A DNA stretch of 64,000 nucleotides, taken from assembly GCA_041287245.1 (NCBI GenBank), contig JBEULP010000003.1:64001-128000 (forward strand), in the 5' to 3' direction. The stretch comes from Infirmifilum sp. (GTDB lineage Archaea > Thermoproteota > Thermoprotei > Thermofilales > Thermofilaceae). A program made the translations under genes and the position numbers. A model generated the notes under the pieces. That model was not told where the DNA came from. It did not search any database and saw only the letters and a list, made by a program, of their open reading frames with translations. Shown here piece after piece: positions 29,666 to 37,984 of the stretch (positions within the stretch are counted from its first letter, which is position 1; every line of letters begins with the position of its first letter).

Positions 29666-30537
29666 TGGGTATTATAGTTGACTCTAAGACCTTTGTATTG
29701 GTTCAAGGGATTACTGGTCGCCAGGGGGCAATGCACACGGAGGAGATGCTGAAGTATGGAACCAAGGTTGTAGCAGGCGTGACCCCTGGTAAAAAAGGCT
29801 CTCTGGTGCACGGCGTCCCTGTCTACGATACTGTTGAAGATGCTGTGAAGAATCACCCGGAGATAAACACCTCGATAATTTTTGTGCCAGCCGCGGCAGC
29901 GCCTGATGCCGTATACGAGGCGGTAGACAATGGAATTAAGACCGTCATAGTCATAACGGAGCACATCCCAGTTCACGAAACAATAAGGTTTGTACTCTAC
30001 GCGCGAAACCATGGAGCAACGCTCGTGGGCCCGAACACCCCCGGTGTCATCACTCCGCCTAGCGTCAAGGTTGGAATAATGCCAGGCGATTATTTTATCC
30101 CGGGACCCGTGGGCCTTATGTCTAGAAGCGGGACGCTTACATATGAGGTCTCCTTGCAGCTTGCTAAGCGTGGACTAGGTGTTTCCACGGCTGTCGGTAT
30201 AGGTGGGGATCCCGTGAGTGGAATTTCCTTTGAAGACGCTTATCTCCTTTTTGAAAAAGACCCGCAAACGAAGGTGGTTGTGTTGATCGGCGAGATTGGT
30301 GGTTATAAAGAAGAGAGCTTCGCCAAGTTCTACTCAAGCCGTCCCAACAGAAAGCCCGTAGTCGCCTTCATAGCTGGGAAAAGCGCCCCGCCTGGGAAGA
30401 AGATGGGGCACGCAGGCGCCATAGTCTACGGAAAGCGGGGAACTTATTCTACTAAGGTTGAGGCTCTTTCAGAAGCTGGTGTTAAAGTAGCTAAAACACT
30501 AGCAGAGATCCCTGAACTTGTTAAAGGCTTGTTATAA
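29665..30537 (+). CDS. sucD: Succinyl-CoA ligase alpha subunit
   Basis: QGITGRQG, GPNTPG, SRSGTLTYE, MGHAGA. Confidence 0.93.
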   Translation: MGIIVDSKTFVLVQGITGRQGAMHTEEMLKYGTKVVAGVTPGKKGSLVHGVPVYDTVEDAVKNHPEINTSIIFVPAAAAPDAVYEAVDNGIKTVIVITEHIPVHETIRFVLYARNHGATLVGPNTPGVITPPSVKVGIMPGDYFIPGPVGLMSRSGTLTYEVSLQLAKRGLGVSTAVGIGGDPVSGISFEDAYLLFEKDPQTKVVVLIGEIGGYKEESFAKFYSSRPNRKPVVAFIAGKSAPPGKKMGHAGAIVYGKRGTYSTKVEALSEAGVKVAKTLAEIPELVKGLL

Positions 30538-31207
30538 TTGTTCCTATACTTTCTCCCCTAATCACCCTTTTTATGTTTTCAGGAGGGTCTCCCTTTACAA
30601 CGCGAACCGGTATTTTTGACCGTTTAATTATCTGGAGCGTGAGGAGGTCGAGGAGCCGATACTCCCCTGCCTTTTGCACATTTGAAAACACCTCTATCAG
30701 TTTTTCCACACTGACTGATTCCAACAGCTTAGCGTTAGGGTCTTTTTTAGGATCGGCCGTGTAAACGCCTTCGACATCCGTCGCGATGATTAACCCGCTC
30801 CCAGTTGCCTCAGCAACAAGAGCTGACACAGTGGTGGTAGACTGGCCAGGCTGGAGTCCTCCCATGAAGAGAACAGGCATGTTTGAGGCATACATTCTAG
30901 CCAGCTCTTCCAACGTGGAGGGTACAGTCGGAAAAGCGTTGTAGAACATGGTATAAAGTAGAGAGGCATTAAGCCTCGACGCAAGTATTCCCAGCTGGTC
31001 AAGCGCCGACTCATTCAAAACACTTCCCCTAGCACAATTTATATACTGTCTCGCAGTCGCGCCTCCCCCTACAACAACTACGGTTTTTTTCTCCCTGACG
31101 CTTGGCTCCCGCAGTATATCTAAAAACCTTTGAATAAAGTCTATTCGTAAGGAACCGTTTTTCTCGAACAGTAGACTTCCTCCAAGTTTTACCACAAATC
31201 TATCCAT
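30521..31207 (-). CDS. pyrH: UMP kinase
   Basis: VVKLGGS, VGGG, PGQSTT, DVEGVYTADP; ATG 31207 with BRE/TATA at about 31234-31250. Confidence 0.93.
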   Translation of the reverse strand: MDRFVVKLGGSLLFEKNGSLRIDFIQRFLDILREPSVREKKTVVVVGGGATARQYINCARGSVLNESALDQLGILASRLNASLLYTMFYNAFPTVPSTLEELARMYASNMPVLFMGGLQPGQSTTTVSALVAEATGSGLIIATDVEGVYTADPKKDPNAKLLESVSVEKLIEVFSNVQKAGEYRLLDLLTLQIIKRSKIPVRVVKGDPPENIKRVIRGESIGTIITSL

Positions 31208-31398
31208 GTCGTCCTGGAAAGGCACTGATAGTGCTTTAAGCTTTTCGCCTTTACATCGCGAGCTTTCATTCCCGGAAACTCCCGGCTGAGTCGGTGTCCA
31301 GCCCACGCGCGAAGAGCCGCGCAACAATCACGTCCAGAGACGTGCATGCGTAAAAATAAAAACTTATTAACATTGAATGCTGCTCCAATGTGTGAGCT

Positions 31399-32649
31399 GT
31401 GATGAGCGAAAGTACTCATGCTACAATTGAGAGATATAAAATCGAGAAGCTGGTGGAGGAGTTAAAAAAGAAGGAAGGTAGAGGCACCGAACTCGTCTCA
31501 CTCTACGTGCCAGCCGGTAGACCAATCGCCGATGTCGTGAACACGTTAAACTACGAGTATGCCACTGCCTCCAACATAAAGGATAGGACAACTCGACATC
31601 ATGTCCTTGACGCGCTTGCAACCATTATCAATAGACTTAAACTTTTCCGCGAAACCCCTCCTAACGGTCTTGTAATGTTCGCGGGATACACGGCAAGTGA
31701 TGTTCCCGGGCGTGAAAAAATGGAGGTATATGTTCTGGAACCACCACAGAAACTCAAGGTATGGCTATACAGATGCGACTCGAGATTTTACACTGAGATA
31801 CTAGAAGATATGATTAAGGTTAAGGACGTCTACGCATTAATCCTCATAGAGCGGGACGAGGCAGCTATAGCTCTCCTCCGCGGAAAAAACCTTGAGATAG
31901 TTGACGAGCTTACCGCCGGGATCCCCGGCAAACATCGCGCGGGTGGACAGTCTGCGAGGAGGTTTGAGCGTATAATCGAGCAGCTTGTACACGAATTTTA
32001 CAAACGCGTGGGCGAACACGCGAACAAGAGCTTATTACCTATAAAGGACGAGCTCAAAGGTATAATCATCGGTGGGCCAGGGCTTTCAAAAAACGAGTTC
32101 GCAGAAGGTGATTATCTACACTACGAGTTGAAGAAAAAAGTTATCGGCATATTTGACGTTGGATATGGCGGCGCTGCAGGGGTATATGAACTCCTTGAAA
32201 GGGCGAAGGACTTAATAAAAGATGTCCAATTTATGCGGGAACGTGAAGCTGTAAACGAGTTTCTCTATAACCTAGCACGAGACACAGGCTTGATCACCTA
32301 TGGAGAAGAGGAAGTCCGAGAGGCATTAAGAGCCAATGCAGTGGAAAAACTGTTAGTTTCAGAGGCGCTTAACAAGATTCGGGTTCACGCGGTATGCAAA
32401 GTCTGTAAACACGAGTTTACTACCACTGTACACGGCGAGGAACAGTTACAACTCTTAAAATGTCCCAAGTGCGGGGGAGAAGTAGAGATTTTAGAGCAAA
32501 AAGATATCGTGGAAGAACTTGCAGAGCTCGCAGAGCAGGGGGGAGCAGAGGTTATCTTAATTTCAGACCAGTCCAGCGAGGGGAAAGAGTTTCTACGAAC
32601 ATTCGGCGGGATCGGTGCTATCCTGCGTTATAAATACAAGAAACAGTAG
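31399..32649 (+). CDS. prf1: Peptide chain release factor aRF1
   Basis: GTELVSLY, ASNIKD, YRCDSRF, GGQS. Confidence 0.97.
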   Translation: MMSESTHATIERYKIEKLVEELKKKEGRGTELVSLYVPAGRPIADVVNTLNYEYATASNIKDRTTRHHVLDALATIINRLKLFRETPPNGLVMFAGYTASDVPGREKMEVYVLEPPQKLKVWLYRCDSRFYTEILEDMIKVKDVYALILIERDEAAIALLRGKNLEIVDELTAGIPGKHRAGGQSARRFERIIEQLVHEFYKRVGEHANKSLLPIKDELKGIIIGGPGLSKNEFAEGDYLHYELKKKVIGIFDVGYGGAAGVYELLERAKDLIKDVQFMREREAVNEFLYNLARDTGLITYGEEEVREALRANAVEKLLVSEALNKIRVHAVCKVCKHEFTTTVHGEEQLQLLKCPKCGGEVEILEQKDIVEELAELAEQGGAEVILISDQSSEGKEFLRTFGGIGAILRYKYKKQ

Positions 32650-32715
32650 AGTGGTTTTGTAGGGGAAGCCGAGACGCATGGGCGAGGCATTCTAAAACGC
32701 GAACTGGAAAAAACC

Positions 32716-33321
32716 TTGAACTCTATTCCTCCCCCTCCACACCCTCGTGTGGAGCTTGAGCAGTATGCTACCCCTTCAGCTCTAGCCTCAACTCTTCTCT
32801 GGCTTGCCGAACACCACTACCAGGATATTTATTCTAAGCGCGTCGTTGATCTAGGCGCCGGAACGGGGCGTCTGGGAATCGGCGCTGCACTCCTCGGCGC
32901 TTCTCAAATCATGCTTGTTGATGTCGACACCGACGCTCTCAGGGTAGCTTGGGACTCACTGAAGAGAATGAATCTGACAGAGCGTTTTGATCTGATCGCT
33001 GCTGATATTCAATTTATTCCAATAAGAGACGACTTTACGTTTGACACTGCAATCCAGAACCCTCCGTTTGGCGTCCACCGGAGAGGTTATGATTTCTTAT
33101 TCGTCGAGAAAGCTTTGAGCCTAGCCCGTGTCGTGTATTCCATTCACAAGGAACGGAGCTCCGACTATATTGTTAGACGGGTTGAAGAGTTGGGCTTTAA
33201 TGCAGGAATTATTTATCGCGAGAGAATATGCATCCCGCACATGTTCGAGTGGCACCGCAAGCCTAGACACTGCTTCACCGTCGCTGTAATAAGGATCATA
33301 TACAAACGCGAAAAAGTCTAA
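32716..33321 (+). CDS. METTL5-like RNA methyltransferase (COG2263)
   Basis: LEQYATP, DLGAGTG, QNPPFG, YSIH. Confidence 0.88.
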   Translation: MNSIPPPPHPRVELEQYATPSALASTLLWLAEHHYQDIYSKRVVDLGAGTGRLGIGAALLGASQIMLVDVDTDALRVAWDSLKRMNLTERFDLIAADIQFIPIRDDFTFDTAIQNPPFGVHRRGYDFLFVEKALSLARVVYSIHKERSSDYIVRRVEELGFNAGIIYRERICIPHMFEWHRKPRHCFTVAVIRIIYKREKV

Positions 33322-33346
33322 TATTTCGTAGGGGGCTTGCTAGAGT

Positions 33347-33925
33347 ATGAGCAATATTGAGGTTAAAGATTCGGATGTTAAAGTCCCGGGGGATGTTCTC
33401 GGCGTTGAAGAAGAGTATCTTCCTGGGGGCGGAGTCTTCGTGGAGCAGGGTTATCTTAAGGCTAAGGTTTTAGGCAGGCCCTATGTTGATCCTATTCATC
33501 ATATCCTAGAAGTTAAGGCGGTTAAGGCTACTGTCTTGCCGCTGTCACCTCGGGATGTCGTATATGCCAGTGTCGAGTTTATACGCGATCCCGTTGTCCA
33601 TGTTAAGATTTTCTATGTTGAAAACAAAAACGTTGTTTTGGGACAGCCGGTATCTGGAGTGTTGACTTCATCAAACATTTCCACCTCACGTGTAAAAAAT
33701 CTTTATGAGGTCGTAGGATACGGCGATGTTCTTCGAGCATACGTCGCTGAGCCAGGAGGCCCGCCATACCTGTTAGCAATTAAGGGCAGGGATTTTGGGG
33801 TTATACTGGCACGGTGCCCCAAGTGTCTTAGCCCTATGCGGCTGCGTGGTTTAAGGCTTGTCTGCCCGGCGTGTGGCAGTAAAAGCAAGAGGAAGATCAG
33901 CAGCAGATATCTTTTAAGGCGGTAG
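33347..33925 (+). CDS. csl4: Exosome RNA-binding protein Csl4
   Basis: PGDVLGVEEEY, S1 domain, CPKC...CPAC..RKIS. Confidence 0.9.
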   Translation: MSNIEVKDSDVKVPGDVLGVEEEYLPGGGVFVEQGYLKAKVLGRPYVDPIHHILEVKAVKATVLPLSPRDVVYASVEFIRDPVVHVKIFYVENKNVVLGQPVSGVLTSSNISTSRVKNLYEVVGYGDVLRAYVAEPGGPPYLLAIKGRDFGVILARCPKCLSPMRLRGLRLVCPACGSKSKRKISSRYLLRR

Positions 33926-33928
33926 CAC

Positions 33929-34522
33929 GTGCGTGGGAGAACCCTAACTTTGGTTTTTTCTTCGGCTGAGGAGGCGTTGAACTTTCTTAAAAAACTTGAA
34001 CGATTTCTCCCAGGTAAGAGCTTTCTAGGCGAGTTAAAGGTTAACAAGGTAAAGATTTTTATTCCTGAATCGGACAACGCTGAGCAAGTACTCGGTAAGA
34101 TTAGAGAGCTGTATAATCAACAGAAACAGCTTCACACCTACAACGCTCCCCGAGACTACGACATCCCTACACTCTTCTCGCTTTCAAAGCTCGAGGTACC
34201 AATCCCTCTTGCCGTCGTTGTGGATTCTCTAAGGGTACAGGGCTTCAAAGCCGAAGTTTTTGGTGAAAAACTCCGTACTAATGCTCCTCTAAACGTGATC
34301 ACAAAGAACATCGAGTCAATATCTATTATTTACCGTGAGCTACTGGAGTTTAAGATGACCGCCCAGGCCCGTCGCCTCATAGCCTTGTTTTCCCATGTTA
34401 ACAACATCCCCTCTGAAGACGCCATAAAACAGCTTTCGACTTTAGGTCTTATAGTCGATAGGGGTGGAGTCATATCCTTAAAGGTCAATTACGAGGTGGC
34501 CGTCAAGACACTTTTCTCTTAA
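33929..34522 (+). CDS. Conserved protein (DUF2067-like)
   Basis: FSSAEEALNFL N-terminus; position directly after csl4. Confidence 0.55.
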   Translation: MRGRTLTLVFSSAEEALNFLKKLERFLPGKSFLGELKVNKVKIFIPESDNAEQVLGKIRELYNQQKQLHTYNAPRDYDIPTLFSLSKLEVPIPLAVVVDSLRVQGFKAEVFGEKLRTNAPLNVITKNIESISIIYRELLEFKMTAQARRLIALFSHVNNIPSEDAIKQLSTLGLIVDRGGVISLKVNYEVAVKTLFS

Positions 34523-34609
34523 ACCAAGTAGAGTTCCCTGACTTCCAAGAACGCGGGTTATAGGAATTTTTTCACGATAATTATTTCCGCCCCTGAAGCT
34601 GGTGCGCCC

Positions 34610-35449
34610 CTATACTATTTGGGAGAGCCCGCGATCTAGTAGCCTCTGCCTAAGACGATCATTAAGTCTTCGCATGTATTCCTGAACAGCAACTAGTTTT
34701 AAAATCTGCTCCGAGGGGGTTAGCCTGACACTACTTGAATACTCTAGGCTGAAGGCGCTCTGTCCATCAACCACCATCATCGCTGGCCACGTCATTACCT
34801 GCAACTCTATTTTACGCGAATAGACAATTATCGGTTTTATAAGAGGGGAAAGGGCTCCTGCAAAGACAACTTCCAAAAGGGGAATATCCTGCGATAGAAT
34901 TATTGGCGAGCCATAGGAAAGGGCATGTGCAGTACTACCTGCTGGGGTTGCGACGATCACGCCATCTGCTCTTGCATGATACAGCTTTTCCCCGTCTACC
35001 GTAACCTCGAATTCGATGAGTCTACCCGTGTGTGCCCAGATTGAGACTTCGTTGAGAAAAACTCCATGTTGGTTTCCAATGGCGTACTCTCCAAGCCTCA
35101 ACTCGTTGAGCATGTATCTTCCAACTAAAACGTTTTCTAGGACATTCCGGTAGTCGGCTACCTGGTGAAGTAGAAAGTATCCGACACTATTAGAGGTAAA
35201 TCCCACGATAGGGGGTAGTCTTCCGTTGCTCTTCTGAACTGACCTTAGAAGAGTCCCATCTCCTCCGACCACGACAGCTAGATCCGCGTTATACGCCTCT
35301 GACTCCGATAAAACATCTCTCTTTAAGACATGCCCTAAAACAGGATCGACCAAAACCTCAACGTTATTATTAACCAGAAACTCGTCGATCCTTTTAATCC
35401 ACTGTAGCATTCCAGAGTCAGTGCTACGTGACTTAAGCCAAACCTTCAT
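34610..35449 (-). CDS. nadK: NAD kinase
   Basis: GGDGTLL, LNE, ADGVIVATPAGSTA. Confidence 0.9.
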   Translation of the reverse strand: MKVWLKSRSTDSGMLQWIKRIDEFLVNNNVEVLVDPVLGHVLKRDVLSESEAYNADLAVVVGGDGTLLRSVQKSNGRLPPIVGFTSNSVGYFLLHQVADYRNVLENVLVGRYMLNELRLGEYAIGNQHGVFLNEVSIWAHTGRLIEFEVTVDGEKLYHARADGVIVATPAGSTAHALSYGSPIILSQDIPLLEVVFAGALSPLIKPIIVYSRKIELQVMTWPAMMVVDGQSAFSLEYSSSVRLTPSEQILKLVAVQEYMRRLNDRLRQRLLDRGLSQIV

Positions 35450-35503
35450 ATGCCCTTTGAATAAGTTATCTTATCAAGTTTAAAAGTCTTGATAAGTCTC
35501 TCG

Positions 35504-36598
35504 CTAGGCGCGTGTGCGTAGACGTTTAAGGTAGTCGCTGAGTGGTTCTCGTATTACTATTCCCTTCCCACTTACAATATCAAAGATGTACTTGCTGGGT
35601 TTAACGGGGGCCCACCTAGCTTTCCTGATGTACATTATTCGCTCTACATTTCCATAGATTTCCTCGATTCCCAGGACAATTATTCCTGAGGCGAGAAACT
35701 CCTCCACACCAAACCTGCTCAGCTTTGTACTCCCTGTAGGTATTTCACTAGTCATGATTGTTGTAAGCTCGCCTGTTTTCTCAATTGCAAATACCATTTC
35801 TCTGAGAAACTCACGCGCGTAGAGTACATCTTCCTCCTTTCCTCCATATACCAGTGGAGCTATAGGATCTATAACAAGCCTTTTCGCCCCCTGCTTCTTA
35901 GCCGCGTTTAAGATCTGCTCTATTATATAGCGAGGCTCTATGTGTTTTCTCTCGTCGCGAAGATAAATCTTGCTGAAATGAGTCCTCATGTCGAGAAACA
36001 TTAGCCTTCGGGAAGCTATGAGGTCGCCAAGATCCCACCCGAAAAGCCTAAGCCCTCTCAAAAGCTGGTTTGTAGGCTCATCAATAGCGATATATAAGCC
36101 TGGTTCGCCGTGTAGTGCGCCGTGTATTAGAAACTGGATCGAGAATATGGTTTTTCCACAGCCAGCCTCACCCGCAACGAGATACGTTTTTCCCCTCAGA
36201 AATCCTCCAGCGAGAATATCATCTAAACCAGGGACACCCGTAGGTGCAAGAAGATCAAGCCGACGCATCGACAACCCTGTATTATATGAGTCTTCCTCGG
36301 TAGCATAAGCTGCATAGCTTGCGGGGTCAGCATAGCTTTCCTCTGGCTGCTCAACCGGGGGAGAATAAACCTCTTGGTTGACAGGAGATTCTACAGCGGG
36401 GGCAACAGCTTGGGCCGAGACGCTTCCTGCCACTGCTGGGCGAGCAACGGGAACCTGCACGGCCTGTGGCTCTCCAAACCTACAGGGTGGGTTAAGAGGA
36501 TCTTGAACAGATGTTTTAAGCTTTAGACAGTAGGATCTTGAAGCGATATACAGGGGACAGTTTAAACATGAATTAGGCTTGCGCAGACCGTTCGCCAC
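35504..36598 (-). CDS. KaiC/RAD55-like RecA-superfamily ATPase with N-terminal Cys-rich module
   Basis: TGVPGLD, GEAGCGKT, LVIDP, SRFGVEEF. Confidence 0.85.
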   Translation of the reverse strand: MANGLRKPNSCLNCPLYIASRSYCLKLKTSVQDPLNPPCRFGEPQAVQVPVARPAVAGSVSAQAVAPAVESPVNQEVYSPPVEQPEESYADPASYAAYATEEDSYNTGLSMRRLDLLAPTGVPGLDDILAGGFLRGKTYLVAGEAGCGKTIFSIQFLIHGALHGEPGLYIAIDEPTNQLLRGLRLFGWDLGDLIASRRLMFLDMRTHFSKIYLRDERKHIEPRYIIEQILNAAKKQGAKRLVIDPIAPLVYGGKEEDVLYAREFLREMVFAIEKTGELTTIMTSEIPTGSTKLSRFGVEEFLASGIIVLGIEEIYGNVERIMYIRKARWAPVKPSKYIFDIVSGKGIVIREPLSDYLKRLRTRA

Positions 36599-36650
36599 AT
36601 CACATCACTATTCTGAATTTTAGAAAAACTAGAATATATATCTGTGTTTT

Positions 36651-36902
36651 TTAATTTATTATCGCGACTTCGACAATCATCGATAGTAGTCGCAAAACAG
36701 TGTTAAAAGCCGCTCTAAATGAAGCGAGATCCCCACTATCAATGCATATTCGAAGGGCCCCCTCTCTTCTCTCGATAGAAACCTTGGACCTATAACTTTT
36801 TCCTCCCCCGCTCTCGGGGTATAGAGCCTTAAACAACACTTCACACTCATTACCACAATTCACCTCTACACAACCCTTATATCGAGGATGCAGATCCTTC
36901 AA
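36651..36902 (-). CDS. pcc1: KEOPS subunit Pcc1
   Basis: ALYPE, RSKV, DLASFRAAFNTVLRL. Confidence 0.8.
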   Translation of the reverse strand: MKDLHPRYKGCVEVNCGNECEVLFKALYPESGGGKSYRSKVSIERREGALRICIDSGDLASFRAAFNTVLRLLSMIVEVAIIN

Positions 36903-36940
36903 GCCACACCACCCATGCGATATCCCCCGGGCGCGGGAAA

Positions 36941-37486
36941 CTATACATAGCCTTGTAGAGTTTTAACTAGTAGTCTAGGCCCTAGGGGCTCTCCCCTCTC
37001 TAGAAACTTTAGTACCAACCCTTTTCTATTTATCGGCTCGATGGCTATAACACGTGAATAGGATTTAAAGTTTCTTAGCTCTTCCAGGGAATATCTACCA
37101 AGATACAAAGCGTCAAATCCTAGTGCAATCCTCTCAGCAACGTCGTCCGTTACGCCAAGCGAAACAATCGGCAAGCGGTACGCTGGCAAGGGGGGCTTAT
37201 TCCTCATCCCTGAAAAGACAACGCCCCTAAGATGCAAGAACAATATCTTCTTCATTTCAACCTCTCCTGACACACCCAGGAATAATAGTCTACCAGGGTT
37301 CCCGTACAACCCCCGTCCAATAATAATAATCCTTGAGGCGTTAACCCTCCTTGCAAGCAAAAGTAATTCATCTAGGCTCATTCTCCCTCTATTCACCTTC
37401 CTAGCAAACCCCAAACTCCAGGCGATCTCTCTTGCGAGGCGCCGCACGGGCGGTGTAGCATGCCTCGTAGTTGTAACGAGGATCAC
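36941..37486 (-). CDS. Brix-domain ribosome biogenesis protein (Imp4-like)
   Basis: ILVTTTR, NRGRMSL, GNPG, GPRL. Confidence 0.8.
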   Translation of the reverse strand: MILVTTTRHATPPVRRLAREIAWSLGFARKVNRGRMSLDELLLLARRVNASRIIIIGRGLYGNPGRLLFLGVSGEVEMKKILFLHLRGVVFSGMRNKPPLPAYRLPIVSLGVTDDVAERIALGFDALYLGRYSLEELRNFKSYSRVIAIEPINRKGLVLKFLERGEPLGPRLLVKTLQGYV

Positions 37487-37554
37487 ATCTTATCCCTATA
37501 GACAGCACCTATACTCAGAAAAATTTATCAGTCTCTACTCCTAGGCTTCACAAG

Positions 37555-37665
37555 GGGCCCGTAGCGCAGGCAGGAAGCGCGGCGGCCACGCATCGTTTGC
37601 GCCGCAGTTCTAGGACCAGGCTCGAGGAGAGCCGCAGGTCCCGGGTTCAAATCCCGGCGGGCCCG
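37555..37665 (+). tRNA. tRNA-Arg(TCT) with two introns (37588-37607 at 32/33; 37613-37629 at 37/38)
   Basis: Both introns form BHB motifs; the spliced loop is C-T-TCT-A-A closed by GCGGC/GCCGC. Confidence 0.85.
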
Positions 37666-37714
37666 CTTATCTTAACCCTGTTTGTTATGCCCTGACTTCC
37701 TCCCCTGCGCGCGT

Positions 37715-37861
37715 TTAGTCGTGGCTTATAATACTGTGAAAAGTGTTTGTTTTGCAAGCCGTGCAATAAATGTATATTTTTTTAAACTCGTATAGGTTAA
37801 AGCCCACGTCTAGGATTTTCTCATTACCACAGGTATCACACTTTAACACCCAACGTGTCAT
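37715..37861 (-). CDS. Small zinc-ribbon protein (48 aa)
   Basis: MTRWVLKCDTCGNEKILDVGFNLYEFKKIYIYCTACKTNTFHSIISHD; GGGAGGG SD upstream. Confidence 0.75.
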   Translation of the reverse strand: MTRWVLKCDTCGNEKILDVGFNLYEFKKIYIYCTACKTNTFHSIISHD

Positions 37862-37890
37862 AGCCCTCCCTCACGCATGTATGTTGACGT

Positions 37891-37943
37891 GTCAGTGGCT
37901 GCTCGCTTGCTCATGATTCGCATGTTAACAGTCGTCATCATCC
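37891..37943 (-). ncRNA. C/D-box sRNA, D guide predicted for 23S A-loop U2552
   Basis: ATGATGA box C, terminal CTGA box D, degenerate D'/C'; TTTAAA about 20 nt upstream. Confidence 0.75.
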
Positions 37944-37984
37944 TGTTTTATCCTCCTGGTTTAAAAATATAAATCTAGCTACCT

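Noticed and set aside
29215..30012. 265-aa minus-strand ORF
   Set aside because: Antisense to well-supported sucC/sucD.
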